Assembly (NCBI GenBank): GCA_913057245.1
Contig: CAJXNH010000020.1
Span: 1-64,000 of the forward strand
Origin: an uncultured Phaeodactylibacter sp.
GTDB lineage: Bacteria > Bacteroidota > Bacteroidia > Chitinophagales > Saprospiraceae
Reading direction: 5' to 3'
DNA: 64,000 bases
A program made the position numbers and the translations under genes. This document shows, in pieces, positions 10,140 through 20,052 of the stretch; within the stretch, counting starts at the first letter, position 1, and every line of letters begins with the position of its first letter. The notes beneath the pieces were generated by a model. The model saw nothing but the letters and a program-made list of their open reading frames with translations, did not search any database and was not told the DNA's origin.

Positions 10140-11546
10140 ATGAAAGTAGAACAAATATATACCGGATGCCTGGCCGAAGCGGCTTACTACATTGAGAGCA
10201 ATGGCGAAGCTGTAATTATCGACCCTTTGCGCGAAACGGATCCCTACATCGAGCGCGCAGAAGCTGATGGTGCACGCATCAAGTACGTTCTGGAGACGCA
10301 CTTCCATGCGGATTTTGTTTCCGGTCACCTGGACCTGGCCAATAAAACCGGAGCCACTATCGTATTCGGCCCTACTGCCAAGCCAAACTTTGAAGCGCAC
10401 ATCGCTACTGATGGCGAAGAACTGAAAGTGGGTAATGTAATTATTAAGGTGCTGCATACACCTGGGCACACGATGGAGTCTTCCACCTTCCTGTTGTTTG
10501 ATGAGGAAGGCAAAGAGCATGCGATCTTCACCGGTGATACCCTCTTCCTGGGTGATGTGGGCCGTCCTGACCTGGCCGTTAAAACAGACCTGACCCGCGA
10601 AGACCTCGCCGGTCACCTGTTTGACAGCCTCCGCAATAAGATTATGCCACTGTCTGACGAGGTGATTGTTTATCCTGGTCATGGTGCCGGTTCGGCTTGT
10701 GGTAAGAAAATGAGTTCTGAGACCTGGGGTTACCTGGGCGATCAGAAAAAGACCAACTATGCCCTGCAGCCCATGACCCGCGAGGAATTCGTGAAAGAAG
10801 TGACCGATGGGCTGGTTGCACCTCCGCAGTACTTCCCCAAGAACGCGGTGATGAACAAAATGGGCTACGATTCCATCGACGACATCCTTGCCAAAGGCCT
10901 CAATCCGCTGAGCGTACGTGCCTTCAAAGCGGCATGGGCAGAGGAAGAAGCACTGGTGATTGATACCCGTCATCAGGATGACTTTGCCAATGGCTTCATC
11001 CCTGGCTCGATATTCATCGGCATTGACGACAACTTCGCGATGTGGGTAGGTGCCCTGATTACGGACCTGCAGATCCCTATTCTGGTTGTTGCCGATGAAG
11101 GTCGTCAGGAAGAAGTAGTAACCCGTCTGGCCCGCGTAGGCTACGACAACCCCATTGGTTACCTGGAAGGCGGCTTCGAAGCGTGGTCAGCGGCCGGTGA
11201 AGAAGTGGATACGGTAGAAGAAGTTACAGCCGAGGACCTGGCTGACCGCTTTGACAAAGAAGGCATGAACGTACTGGACGTGCGTAAAGCCAGCGAGTAC
11301 AACGCTCAGCATGTCGTTGGCGCACAAAACTTCCCGCTTGATTTCATCAACAGCAACATGAGCGAGGTCAGCCGCGATAAGCGCTACTTCCTGCACTGCG
11401 CAGGGGGCTACCGCTCTATGATCACGGCGTCCATCCTGAAGTCCCGTGGCTACAACGATGTAGTTAACATCAAGGGCGGCTACAAGGCTCTGGTGGAAAC
11501 CAATCTGCCAATGACAGAATTTGAAGAGCAAATCACAGAACTGTAG
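10140..11546 (+). CDS. MBL-fold metallo-hydrolase (persulfide dioxygenase-like) fused to tandem rhodanese domains
   Basis: 468 aa. N-terminal beta-lactamase fold motifs are HFHADFVSGH, HTPGHT and YPGHGAGSACG. The C-terminal rhodanese carries the catalytic Cys loop FLHCAGGYRS. The architecture matches ETHE1/CstB-type sulfur dioxygenase-sulfurtransferase fusions. Confidence 0.75.
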   Translation: MKVEQIYTGCLAEAAYYIESNGEAVIIDPLRETDPYIERAEADGARIKYVLETHFHADFVSGHLDLANKTGATIVFGPTAKPNFEAHIATDGEELKVGNVIIKVLHTPGHTMESSTFLLFDEEGKEHAIFTGDTLFLGDVGRPDLAVKTDLTREDLAGHLFDSLRNKIMPLSDEVIVYPGHGAGSACGKKMSSETWGYLGDQKKTNYALQPMTREEFVKEVTDGLVAPPQYFPKNAVMNKMGYDSIDDILAKGLNPLSVRAFKAAWAEEEALVIDTRHQDDFANGFIPGSIFIGIDDNFAMWVGALITDLQIPILVVADEGRQEEVVTRLARVGYDNPIGYLEGGFEAWSAAGEEVDTVEEVTAEDLADRFDKEGMNVLDVRKASEYNAQHVVGAQNFPLDFINSNMSEVSRDKRYFLHCAGGYRSMITASILKSRGYNDVVNIKGGYKALVETNLPMTEFEEQITEL

Positions 11547-11684
11547 GACAGGCTTTTTAAAGATTGTTTTATTGTGAATTAGCTACGGCCCGGTACAATC
11601 CTTTTGTGCCGGGCCTTTGACATTTTTATTGCCCATATAATTATCGGTTTTCTTATTTTTGTACCAAATGAACACCGGTAAACT

Positions 11685-12503
11685 ATGGAAAATTTTCTCG
11701 CATTTTTTGAAACTATGCCCGCCTGGCAAAAGCTGGTCTGGGTTTTCGCCTGTTTGTCTGTCAGCTGGGTACTGGAAGGTGCTGTGCCGCTGGTCACCCT
11801 CAATTATAAAAAGTGGAAACACGCCGGGGTCAACCTCATCTTCCTCAGTACTTCACTGGTGATCAATTTGCTATTCACTATCGCCACTGCCGGGGTGTTT
11901 ATCTGGGGTGCACAGTATGAATTCGGGCTGCTGTACTGGCTGGATTTGCCGGTCTGGGCGGAGCTGATTCTGGCGGTGATGCTCCTTGACCTGGTCGCGC
12001 AGTACGTGGCCCACTATCTGCTGCATAAGGTGAAGTGGATGTGGAAATTCCACCTGGTCCACCACAGCGATACGAAAGTGGACGCCACCACAGGCACCCG
12101 GCATCATCCGGGCGATTACGTGATCCGGGAGGTCTTTGCGCTGTTTGGTGTAATCATCTTTGGTATCCCATTGGCGTTCTACCTGTTCTACCGCATTGCC
12201 ACCATCCTGTTCACTTACCTTACGCATGCCAATATTACGGTGCCGGCCTGGCTGGATAAGCCGTTGAGCCTGCTGTTTATTACGCCCAATATGCACAAGT
12301 TCCACCATCACTTTGAGCGGCCCTGGACCGACTCCAACTACGGCAATATCTTCTCGCTCTGGGACCGTATGTTTGGCACCTTCGTATACGATGACCCCCG
12401 AAAAGTGCGCTACGGTGTGGACGTGCTCAGCGATGATCTGGATGAAAACGTGGCTTATCAGTTCAAAGTACCTTTTGATAAAACCATCAAGACTGATTAC
12501 TAA
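11685..12503 (+). CDS. fatty acid hydroxylase / sterol desaturase family membrane protein
   Basis: 272 aa with multiple TM helices and the histidine boxes HYLLHKVKWMWKFHLVHHSD and HKFHHHF. Confidence 0.75.
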   Translation: MENFLAFFETMPAWQKLVWVFACLSVSWVLEGAVPLVTLNYKKWKHAGVNLIFLSTSLVINLLFTIATAGVFIWGAQYEFGLLYWLDLPVWAELILAVMLLDLVAQYVAHYLLHKVKWMWKFHLVHHSDTKVDATTGTRHHPGDYVIREVFALFGVIIFGIPLAFYLFYRIATILFTYLTHANITVPAWLDKPLSLLFITPNMHKFHHHFERPWTDSNYGNIFSLWDRMFGTFVYDDPRKVRYGVDVLSDDLDENVAYQFKVPFDKTIKTDY

Positions 12504-12584
12504 AGTCGGTCAGGTGTGGCAATGAGATCAAATGCCCGGGGTGTTTTGCCAAACATTCACCGGGCATTTGCAGTTCGGGATAGT

Positions 12585-13535
12585 ATGAAGACACTAAACT
12601 TTTCCCACAACGACAAAATGCCCATCATTGGACTGGGTACCTGGAAATCCAAGCCCGGCGAGGTATACGATGCGGTACTCACGGCCTTGAAGACCGGCTA
12701 CCGGCACATTGACTGTGCGCCCATCTACGGTAATGAGCAGGAAGTAGGCAACGCGATCAGGGATGCGATCAAAGCGGGCGTCCTGACCCGTAAAGAACTT
12801 TGGGTGACCTCCAAACTCTGGAACGATGCCCACCGTAAAGACGATGTCATGCCGGCATTACAAAAGACCTTGTCCGACCTGCAGCTGGATTACCTTGACC
12901 TTTTCCTTGTGCACTGGCCTGTGGCCTTGCAGCCGGGGGTGATGTTCCCAAAGGGCAGCGATGATTTTCTGAGCCTGTCCGAAGTGCCGGTGGCCGAAAC
13001 CTGGCAGGGCATGGAAGCCGCAGTAGATCAGGGGCTGGTACGGCATATTGGCGTATCCAACTTCAAACTGGAGCGGGTGAAGCACCTGGTGGAGAACAGC
13101 CGGATCAAGCCCGAGATGAATCAGGTGGAGCTGCACCCCTTCCTGCCACAGGATGAGCTGTTGAAAGGCTGCGAGGAGCTGGGCGTACACCTTACGGCCT
13201 ACTCTCCGCTTGGGTCTAAAGATCGTTCTTCCGCAATTAAGAAAGACGATGAGCCTCTGCTGCTGGAGCACCCGGCGGTAAAGAGAGTAGCCGAAAAGCG
13301 CGATTGTACGCCCGGTCAGGTCCTGATCAGTTGGGCGGTGCACCGTGGTACGGCAGTTATCCCAAAGTCGACTAATGCAGGGCGCATTGCGGAGAACCTG
13401 AACGCCGCTCAGGTAGCACTAAGCGTCGAGGATATGCAGTTTATTGCCCAGATTGGCCCGGAGTACCGCTTTGTGGATGGTAGCTTTTGGGCTATGGAGG
13501 GTAGCCCTTACGCGCTGTCAGACTTGTGGGGCTAA
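12585..13535 (+). CDS. aldo/keto reductase
   Basis: MKTLNFSHNDKMPIIGLGTWKSKPGEVYDAVLTALKTGYRHIDCAPIYGNEQEVG...LWVTSKLWN...HWP... and IPKSTNAGRIAENL carry the AKR catalytic tetrad context (D/Y/K/H). The start is taken at the internal Met; the ORF track starts 23 codons earlier at 12516. Confidence 0.8.
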   Translation: MKTLNFSHNDKMPIIGLGTWKSKPGEVYDAVLTALKTGYRHIDCAPIYGNEQEVGNAIRDAIKAGVLTRKELWVTSKLWNDAHRKDDVMPALQKTLSDLQLDYLDLFLVHWPVALQPGVMFPKGSDDFLSLSEVPVAETWQGMEAAVDQGLVRHIGVSNFKLERVKHLVENSRIKPEMNQVELHPFLPQDELLKGCEELGVHLTAYSPLGSKDRSSAIKKDDEPLLLEHPAVKRVAEKRDCTPGQVLISWAVHRGTAVIPKSTNAGRIAENLNAAQVALSVEDMQFIAQIGPEYRFVDGSFWAMEGSPYALSDLWG

Positions 13536-13543
13536 TCCGCGAA

Positions 13544-14056
13544 TTATTCCAGGATCATTCTGGCCTCTTCAAAAAGAGCCTGTGCTGAGTCCAGTTGGGT
13601 AGCCCAGGATTTGGCCTGTTGCTGCCCTTCCTGTTCGAGTTGTTGCAGTTCTTTCAGGTCGGATGGAGAAAGGGTGCCGTTTCCGCTTTCTTTGATGACA
13701 TTGAGGCGGGCAGCGCCTTCCTGCCACCGGTTGACAAAAGCAAAGGAAGCTTCAGATGCTTTGCCCAGTGTTTGTAATTCCTGTTTAAGCCGCGTTTTAA
13801 TATCCGTCGCGGGAGCCTCCGGTAGCGAATCAAGTGCCATAAGTAATTCCTGAGCGCTCTCCTGAGCTTTTAGAATCCCTGTGACTTGATCGGTTACCAG
13901 CGCGGTCGTGCTATCCCAGTCCGATGAAAACAAGGTCACCTCATCCTCTTTTGGGGGCTTTTCTCCTGAGCAGGCGCTCAAAATCAATAAGGTTAGGCAA
14001 GCAGTCAAAAAGCGCATAAGCAGTTTTTTAAGCGAAGATAGGGAATTGGTGCCCAA
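13544..14056 (-). CDS. lipoprotein, function unknown
   Basis: 170 aa with a lipobox (LTLLILSAC-SGEK) and a coiled-coil-like, Q/E-rich remainder. Confidence 0.55.
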   Translation of the reverse strand: MGTNSLSSLKKLLMRFLTACLTLLILSACSGEKPPKEDEVTLFSSDWDSTTALVTDQVTGILKAQESAQELLMALDSLPEAPATDIKTRLKQELQTLGKASEASFAFVNRWQEGAARLNVIKESGNGTLSPSDLKELQQLEQEGQQQAKSWATQLDSAQALFEEARMILE

Positions 14057-14106
14057 TCGGGGAATACTTTCTTTATTGTAGGTATTACACTAAGTTCTTA
14101 CCTTCG

Positions 14107-16539
14107 TTGGGATCAACTCAAGCTATTAAGATGACCACAGCTAAAAGATACGTGTGTATTCACGGCCATTTCTACCAGCCGCCCCGGGAAAACCCCTGGC
14201 TGGAAACCGTGGAAGTACAGGATTCGGCGGCCCCCTTCCACGACTGGAACGAGCGCATCAACTTTGAGTGCTATGCGCCCAATGCTACCGCCCGCGTCCT
14301 CAATGGTGATCAGCGCATCATTGATATCGTCAATAACTACGCCCGCATCAGCTTCAATTTTGGGCCTACCTTGTTATCCTGGATGGAAAAAGCCGATCCT
14401 AAAACCTACGCCCGTATCCTGATGGCCGACCGCGAAAGTCAGACTATCTTTGGCGGGCATGGTTCGGCTATGGCGCAGGCGCACAGCCACCTCATCCTGC
14501 CGCTCTGCAACCGCCGCGACAAGGAAACGCAAATTGCCTGGGGTATTGCAGATTTTAAGCACCGTTTTCAGCGTATGCCTGAAGGGATGTGGCTGGCCGA
14601 AACAGCGGTGGATACAGAGACCCTGGAGGTCTTGGCAGAACAAGGGATTCAATTCACTGTACTGGCGCCCCGACAAGCCAAAGCAATCCGGAAAATCGGC
14701 GCAGCAGATTGGGAAGAACAGGGGCATGCAGCGGTGGATACCCGCCGGCCTTACCTTTGTCAGTTGCCTTCCGGCAAAACAATCACCTTATTTTTCTACC
14801 ACGGCGGCATCGCGCAGGGCGTAGCGTTTGAAGGGCTGTTGAATAATGGTACCGCCTTTGCGAACCGCTTTCGGGAAGCCTTTACAGATACTGAAGAGCC
14901 ACTGTTAGCCCATATTGCTACCGATGGCGAAAGCTATGGGCACCATCATCGTCATGGCGAAATGGCGCTGGCTGCCTGTCTGCGCTCTATCGAAGAGCAG
15001 GGCATCGCCACCGTGACCAACTACGGTCAGTATATGGAGCTCCATCCGCCCACTTATGAGGTGCAGATTCATGAGAATAGCTCCTGGAGTTGTGTGCACG
15101 GGGTGGAGCGCTGGCGGTCCAACTGTGGCTGCAATACCGGCGGACGGCCTACCTGGACACAAGACTGGCGGGCACCCCTTCGGGAAACCCTCAACTGGCT
15201 GCGCGACCAGCTAATCCCCATTTACGAAGCAGAAGCCGGGAAACTAATAAAAGACCCCTGGGCGGCCCGCAATGACTACATTCTGGTGCTCCTGGACCGC
15301 AATGCCAACTCCGTTGATGCTTTTGTCAAAACGCATGCCAAAAAGGGATTGGATGAGGAAGCGTTGACGCAATTACTCCGTTTGATGGAACTGCAACGCC
15401 ATGCCATGCTCATGTTTACCAGCTGCGGTTGGTTCTTCGATGAGGTATCGGGCATTGAAACCAATCAAATCCTGCAGTATGCCAACCGCGCCATCCACTA
15501 CGCCATTCAGGTGGCCGAGGTAGATTTGCACGATGAGTTTGTGTCCAGGCTGAAACAGATTCCAAGCAATGTTTATGAAAGTGCAGCAGAGAGCTACCAA
15601 AAGTACGTGGCTCCTGCCCGGGTAGATTTAATGCGGGTGGGCATGCACTATGCAGCCTCCTCCATTTTTGAAGAGTACCCGGAACACCTGGAATTTTTTA
15701 ACTACACAGCAGACAGTGAAAGCTTTTACCGGCTTTCTGCCGGGAAATACCGGCTGGCTGTGGGCCGGACAACGGTGCAATCCAAAACCACGCTGTCCCG
15801 AAAACACTTCAGCTTTGCGGTACTTTACCTGGGTCAGCAGAACATCATAGGCAATATCTCACTGGATATGAGCCGGGCAGACTTTGATCAGATGGCGGAA
15901 GGAGCCAAAGCCGCTTTCCGAAGTACCAACCTGGGTGAGGTGATCGGGCTTATGCAGACCTATTTCGGTCAGGAGAAATTCTCCATTTGGGAGCTCTTCA
16001 CCGATGAAAAGCGGAAAATCCTTCGTCAAATCACCGAGGATAGCCAGGAACAAGTGGAAAAAGCCCTGCGCGACATCTACGAAGACAACTATCAATTGAT
16101 GATGGGCATGGCGGTGAGCGATATCCCGGTGCCAGAGTATTACCGGAGCGCGGTTGCCTTTGTATTGAACCACGACCTTCTGGAGGTATTCGGGAACGGA
16201 AGCCTTAACCGCCGGGAATTGCGTCGTATTTATGCCGAGTTCCGTCGTTGGAACATCACTTTGTCTAACGAGCAGGCTTTCAAGCTAGTGGTGGAAGAAC
16301 GCGTGTTCCGTGAGCTGCAGCAGCTGCAAAGTGGAGAAACCGGTTTGGATCAATTGCAAACGCTGGTGGCTGTTTTGCAAACCATCAGTCAGCTGGATAT
16401 TTCCATGGAATACTGGCAAAGCCAAAACCTGTACTTCTCACTACTGAAAGATTATCAATCTGGGGCCCGTTCCTTCCAGGACGAAGACTGGGAAGGCGCT
16501 TTTATGGCATTAGGAGAACTACTGAGCGTGGAGGTTTAA
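14107..16539 (+). CDS. glycoside hydrolase family 57 protein (alpha-glucan branching/amylase-like) with a long C-terminal extension
   Basis: N-terminus YVCIHGHFYQPPRENPW...ISFNFGPTLLSWME...ATDGESYGHH... matches GH57 catalytic regions (HQP motif, GES nucleophile context). 810 aa. The start may be at MTTAKRY (14131). Confidence 0.75.
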   Translation: MGSTQAIKMTTAKRYVCIHGHFYQPPRENPWLETVEVQDSAAPFHDWNERINFECYAPNATARVLNGDQRIIDIVNNYARISFNFGPTLLSWMEKADPKTYARILMADRESQTIFGGHGSAMAQAHSHLILPLCNRRDKETQIAWGIADFKHRFQRMPEGMWLAETAVDTETLEVLAEQGIQFTVLAPRQAKAIRKIGAADWEEQGHAAVDTRRPYLCQLPSGKTITLFFYHGGIAQGVAFEGLLNNGTAFANRFREAFTDTEEPLLAHIATDGESYGHHHRHGEMALAACLRSIEEQGIATVTNYGQYMELHPPTYEVQIHENSSWSCVHGVERWRSNCGCNTGGRPTWTQDWRAPLRETLNWLRDQLIPIYEAEAGKLIKDPWAARNDYILVLLDRNANSVDAFVKTHAKKGLDEEALTQLLRLMELQRHAMLMFTSCGWFFDEVSGIETNQILQYANRAIHYAIQVAEVDLHDEFVSRLKQIPSNVYESAAESYQKYVAPARVDLMRVGMHYAASSIFEEYPEHLEFFNYTADSESFYRLSAGKYRLAVGRTTVQSKTTLSRKHFSFAVLYLGQQNIIGNISLDMSRADFDQMAEGAKAAFRSTNLGEVIGLMQTYFGQEKFSIWELFTDEKRKILRQITEDSQEQVEKALRDIYEDNYQLMMGMAVSDIPVPEYYRSAVAFVLNHDLLEVFGNGSLNRRELRRIYAEFRRWNITLSNEQAFKLVVEERVFRELQQLQSGETGLDQLQTLVAVLQTISQLDISMEYWQSQNLYFSLLKDYQSGARSFQDEDWEGAFMALGELLSVEV

Positions 16540-17973
16540 TTCAGCTGCAACAGTGCGTATTTCAGCCCAGGCTGCTTCCACATGCCGGGCTTCAACGTAG
16601 GTTTGCCCGATGACCATGCGCAAAACGTACCGGTCCTCAATTTTGGTATGGGTCAGGAATAGCTTACCCCGCTGATTTACCCTTTCCACCAATGCCTGGT
16701 TGAGGGCGTTGAGCGCTTCTTCTGATCGGTCATTCGGCCGGAAGCGGAAGCAGGTGAAGTTGAGAAACGGAGGGAGAAGCAGCTCAAAGTTCTCTGACTG
16801 TTCGATCCATTCTGCAAACTGAGCATTGAGCGCAATGTGATGCCGCAGTCGTTCCTGCATCCCTTTCAGCCCAAAACTACGCATGACAAACCAAAGCTTC
16901 AGCGCCCGGAAGCGCCGACCGAGCGGGATGCCCCAGTCCCGGTAGTCATTGACCTGCCCCCGGGTGCGGGTTTTGAGGTATTCCGGCAGGATATCAAAGG
17001 TGCGCACCAGTATATCGGCATCTTTCACATAGTAGGCTGTGCAGTCGAAATTGGTTAACAGCCATTTGTGCGGATTGAAAACAAAACTGTCGGCCTGTTC
17101 TATCCCCTCAATCATCCATTGATACTCAGGCAGGATGAGGGCAGAACCAGCGTAGGCTGCATCAATGTGGTGCCATACGTTATGCCTGGCGCAGATCGCG
17201 CTGATCTCCGGGATGGGGTCTACGGCAACGGTGCCGGTAGTGCCCACAGCAGTGACCACACAACAGGGTAGGTAGCCCGATTCCATATCTTGTTGAATCT
17301 GTGCCTCAAGCGCATCCGCCCGCATCCGCATTTGCTCGTCCACAGGAATTTTGACCAGGTTTTTACGGCCGATACCGGCTATTTTTACTGCTTTTTCAAT
17401 CGAGGAGTGGGTTTGTGTGGAGCAATAAACGCGCAGGTTGGGCGGTACACCATTTTCATTGGCGTCGAAATTGGTCACCTTTTCCCGGGCCGTCAGAATA
17501 GCCACGAGGGTCGCGGAAGAAGCCGTATCCTGAATGACCCCTTCCCAGTCTTTTGGGATGCCCATCGCCCGCTGCAGCCATTCCATCATACGCTCTTCCA
17601 GTTCCGCGGCAGCCGGAGAGGTTTCCCAAATCATACACTGTGCACCCATGGCAGCGGTCATCATTTCGGCGTAGACCGACTCCACTGAGCTGTTGGCGGG
17701 GAAGTAGGCGTGGAAATTGGGGTGCTGCCAGTGCGTCATGCCGGGCAGGATGATGCGGTCCAAATCTTGCAGGATGGCCTCCAGCGGCTCCCCGGATTCA
17801 GGCATTTGATCCGGGATTTGCTTATAAATAGCACCGGGAGCTACCTGTGACTTTACGGGCAGTTCCTCCAATTGGTCGAAGTACTGCTGTATCCATTTGG
17901 TAATATCAGGTGCGTGGCGGTGGAAGTCTTTGCGGTCGATCATGTGTTTCGAAAAGCAGATTTTAGAAAGCAC
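16519..17973 (-). CDS. group II PLP-dependent decarboxylase (aromatic-L-amino-acid decarboxylase-like)
   Basis: 484 aa. ...ILPGMTHWQHPNFHAYFPANSS...FNPHKWLLTNFDCTAYYVKD... contains the PLP-lysine motif NPHKW, typical of DDC/TyrDC/GAD group II enzymes. The start is possibly at MIDRKDF (17943). Convergent 21-nt overlap with the GH57 gene. Confidence 0.8.
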   Translation of the reverse strand: MLSKICFSKHMIDRKDFHRHAPDITKWIQQYFDQLEELPVKSQVAPGAIYKQIPDQMPESGEPLEAILQDLDRIILPGMTHWQHPNFHAYFPANSSVESVYAEMMTAAMGAQCMIWETSPAAAELEERMMEWLQRAMGIPKDWEGVIQDTASSATLVAILTAREKVTNFDANENGVPPNLRVYCSTQTHSSIEKAVKIAGIGRKNLVKIPVDEQMRMRADALEAQIQQDMESGYLPCCVVTAVGTTGTVAVDPIPEISAICARHNVWHHIDAAYAGSALILPEYQWMIEGIEQADSFVFNPHKWLLTNFDCTAYYVKDADILVRTFDILPEYLKTRTRGQVNDYRDWGIPLGRRFRALKLWFVMRSFGLKGMQERLRHHIALNAQFAEWIEQSENFELLLPPFLNFTCFRFRPNDRSEEALNALNQALVERVNQRGKLFLTHTKIEDRYVLRMVIGQTYVEARHVEAAWAEIRTVAAELNLHAQ

Positions 17974-18082
17974 TATTATACGGAAAAGCGCGCTACACGG
18001 TGGTGTTAACGATATGGTAATTGTGACTTTTTATCCGCCTGGTGGGTGGCTGTAGTCTATTTTTATCCCAAAATCACCTGAC

Positions 18083-19039
18083 ATGAAAAACTACCTTACC
18101 CTGGCTATCCTATCCGCCAGCCTTTTCGCCTGTAAAACGCCTTTACAGGAGTACGATTTTGAAACTATACTCTGGACTGCCGCGTGGAGCCCGGACGGGC
18201 GATATGTAGCCTCGGGCGGTAATGCTGAAGTCCTCACGATTTGGTCTGCTGACACCTGGAAAGTCGCAGAACAGCATTCCTTTCCGCAGACCATCACTAA
18301 TACGGCCTGGCACCCCACACAGCACAAACTGGTCGTTACCCTGCACCTAACGAACAAAACCAGCGTTATCATTGATATGGAGACCAAGCAGAAGACCGAA
18401 TTGCCGAGCGTATCACCTGAAGGCGCAAGAGCTGCTGCCTGGAGCCCGGATGGCCGGTGGCTGGCACTGGGTGACAATGAAGGTTACCTGAGTCTCTACA
18501 CGCCTCAGGGCGGCTTGGAGCGACAGGTCAAAGTCGACCCCAAAGCCATTATGGGTTTAAGCTGGCATCCTGATGGAGATCAGGTCGCTACTGTAGGTTC
18601 TAAACTGGGCTTCTACAACCTGGAAACGGAAGGTGTGGAAACGATAGACCACCGCGATACGCCGGTATTAATGCTATCTGTAGCCTGGCATCCTTCTGGT
18701 GCTTTCCTGGCATTGGGGGACTATGGCGATTCTGAACAAAAACTGCCCCCATTGTTGCAATTCCGTAAACCCAATGGAGAATTAATAAAATCCATCCAAA
18801 AAAGCCGGGCGGAATACCGCAACTTAAGCTGGTCTCCTGATGGTAAAACCCTGGCGACTGTGAGTGATGGGGTCCGTCTTTGGTCAGTTGGTGGGAAAAT
18901 GCTTCGTCATGCCCTCAAGGATCAATACCTCTGGGGACTGGACTGGAGCCCTGACGGACAGCAGCTGGTGGTGACTACGGCTGGAGGGGCGGTGAAGGTA
19001 CTGGACCGGGAGCTTAGGCAGGTGGTTAGCCGGCCTTAG
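18083..19039 (+). CDS. WD40/PD40-like beta-propeller lipoprotein
   Basis: 318 aa with a lipobox (LSASLFAC-KTP) and repeated W[SH]PDG(R/K/Q)x(V/L)A(S/T/L)G blades. Confidence 0.65.
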   Translation: MKNYLTLAILSASLFACKTPLQEYDFETILWTAAWSPDGRYVASGGNAEVLTIWSADTWKVAEQHSFPQTITNTAWHPTQHKLVVTLHLTNKTSVIIDMETKQKTELPSVSPEGARAAAWSPDGRWLALGDNEGYLSLYTPQGGLERQVKVDPKAIMGLSWHPDGDQVATVGSKLGFYNLETEGVETIDHRDTPVLMLSVAWHPSGAFLALGDYGDSEQKLPPLLQFRKPNGELIKSIQKSRAEYRNLSWSPDGKTLATVSDGVRLWSVGGKMLRHALKDQYLWGLDWSPDGQQLVVTTAGGAVKVLDRELRQVVSRP

Positions 19040-19174
19040 TTTATTGGGGAGGAACACAGATTGGAGGGATTGCGCGGATTTTCACGGATTTCGAGCGGTG
19101 GCATGCTTGTATGGCGTCACTGGATTGCAAGATCAGTGAGATCAGCGTCATCAGTGACCTTACCTGAGCAACGC

Positions 19175-19966
19175 TTAATCATTCAACTGACAAGTCCAAA
19201 TCGTCACCGCCCGCTCCCCCCGATTAATCACCACCGGTAAATCCACCTGAGTAACCGGATCTACCAGCACGCCCGTATTATCGAAGCCTTTGTACAGATG
19301 AAGCTCCAGACGGTCCTCCCATTCCGGGTAGAAGTTAAGGTACTTCTCAGTTTCCTTTAAGACGCGCTCGAAGGAGAACCAATTGTCGGCATCAAACTGA
19401 TAGAACCAAAACGCGAGGGCATAGGCACCAAAGTGCGAATCAGGAAAGTACTCATCGTAGCAACGCTCCACCAGTTCACCGGCCAGCTCCGCCGCTTTGC
19501 TGTTGCTGTAGCGCTCAAGGGAAATTTGCTCCACCTGCTCGCCTACGAATTCAGCGAGGCTGGACTTTGAATCAATCACTTCCTGAAAGGACGTATCATC
19601 TTCAAAAATGGACGTGAAGTATTCCAGCTCCCAATTGCTGAGGATCACACCATTGTACATATTGCTGCGGAAAGCCTGTGCAGCCGGCTGTTTGAAAGCA
19701 TGCATGAGGTCTAGTATTTTATCTTCACCGATACCAGGTACCGTTTCCACCTGCCGGAGATCCTCAAAACGGCGCCCGGGCAGCTCAGTGCGGGCTTTAA
19801 GCAGGCGGTCAGCGACCTTCTCTCCAATCCCCGTGCCTTTTTCCTGCCGGCGGTCGCGGATAGCATCAGATAGGGCAGTGGCATCATCAATGTGGTTGAG
19901 AAAACCGAGCAGTCGGCGCTCCATTGCGGGCAGCAGTTCTTTCCTGAGATCCATAGTTGCACTCAT
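19175..19966 (-). CDS. hypothetical protein with N-terminal helix-hairpin-helix motif
   Basis: 263 aa. The GIGEKVADRLLKAR...VPGIGEDKILDLMHAF pair resembles HhH (ComEA-like) motifs. The aromatic-rich C-terminal domain is unknown. Confidence 0.5.
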   Translation of the reverse strand: MSATMDLRKELLPAMERRLLGFLNHIDDATALSDAIRDRRQEKGTGIGEKVADRLLKARTELPGRRFEDLRQVETVPGIGEDKILDLMHAFKQPAAQAFRSNMYNGVILSNWELEYFTSIFEDDTSFQEVIDSKSSLAEFVGEQVEQISLERYSNSKAAELAGELVERCYDEYFPDSHFGAYALAFWFYQFDADNWFSFERVLKETEKYLNFYPEWEDRLELHLYKGFDNTGVLVDPVTQVDLPVVINRGERAVTIWTCQLND

Positions 19967-20052
19967 TTTAGATGCAAAAGATAGCAGGTCTGCCGTAAAT
20001 GAACGGCTTTTTCAGGAAAATTTACATAAAATTAAAGCAGCATGGCTTCAGC

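Noticed and set aside
10104-10973. 289-aa minus-strand ORF overlapping the MBL/rhodanese gene
   Set aside because: It is fully antisense to a well-supported conserved gene (HFHADF, HTPGH motifs), and its translation is His/Phe/Leu-rich nonsense with no domain features.
17290-17688. Plus-strand ORF 132 aa inside the decarboxylase gene
   Set aside because: It is antisense to the conserved PLP-decarboxylase ORF and has no features.
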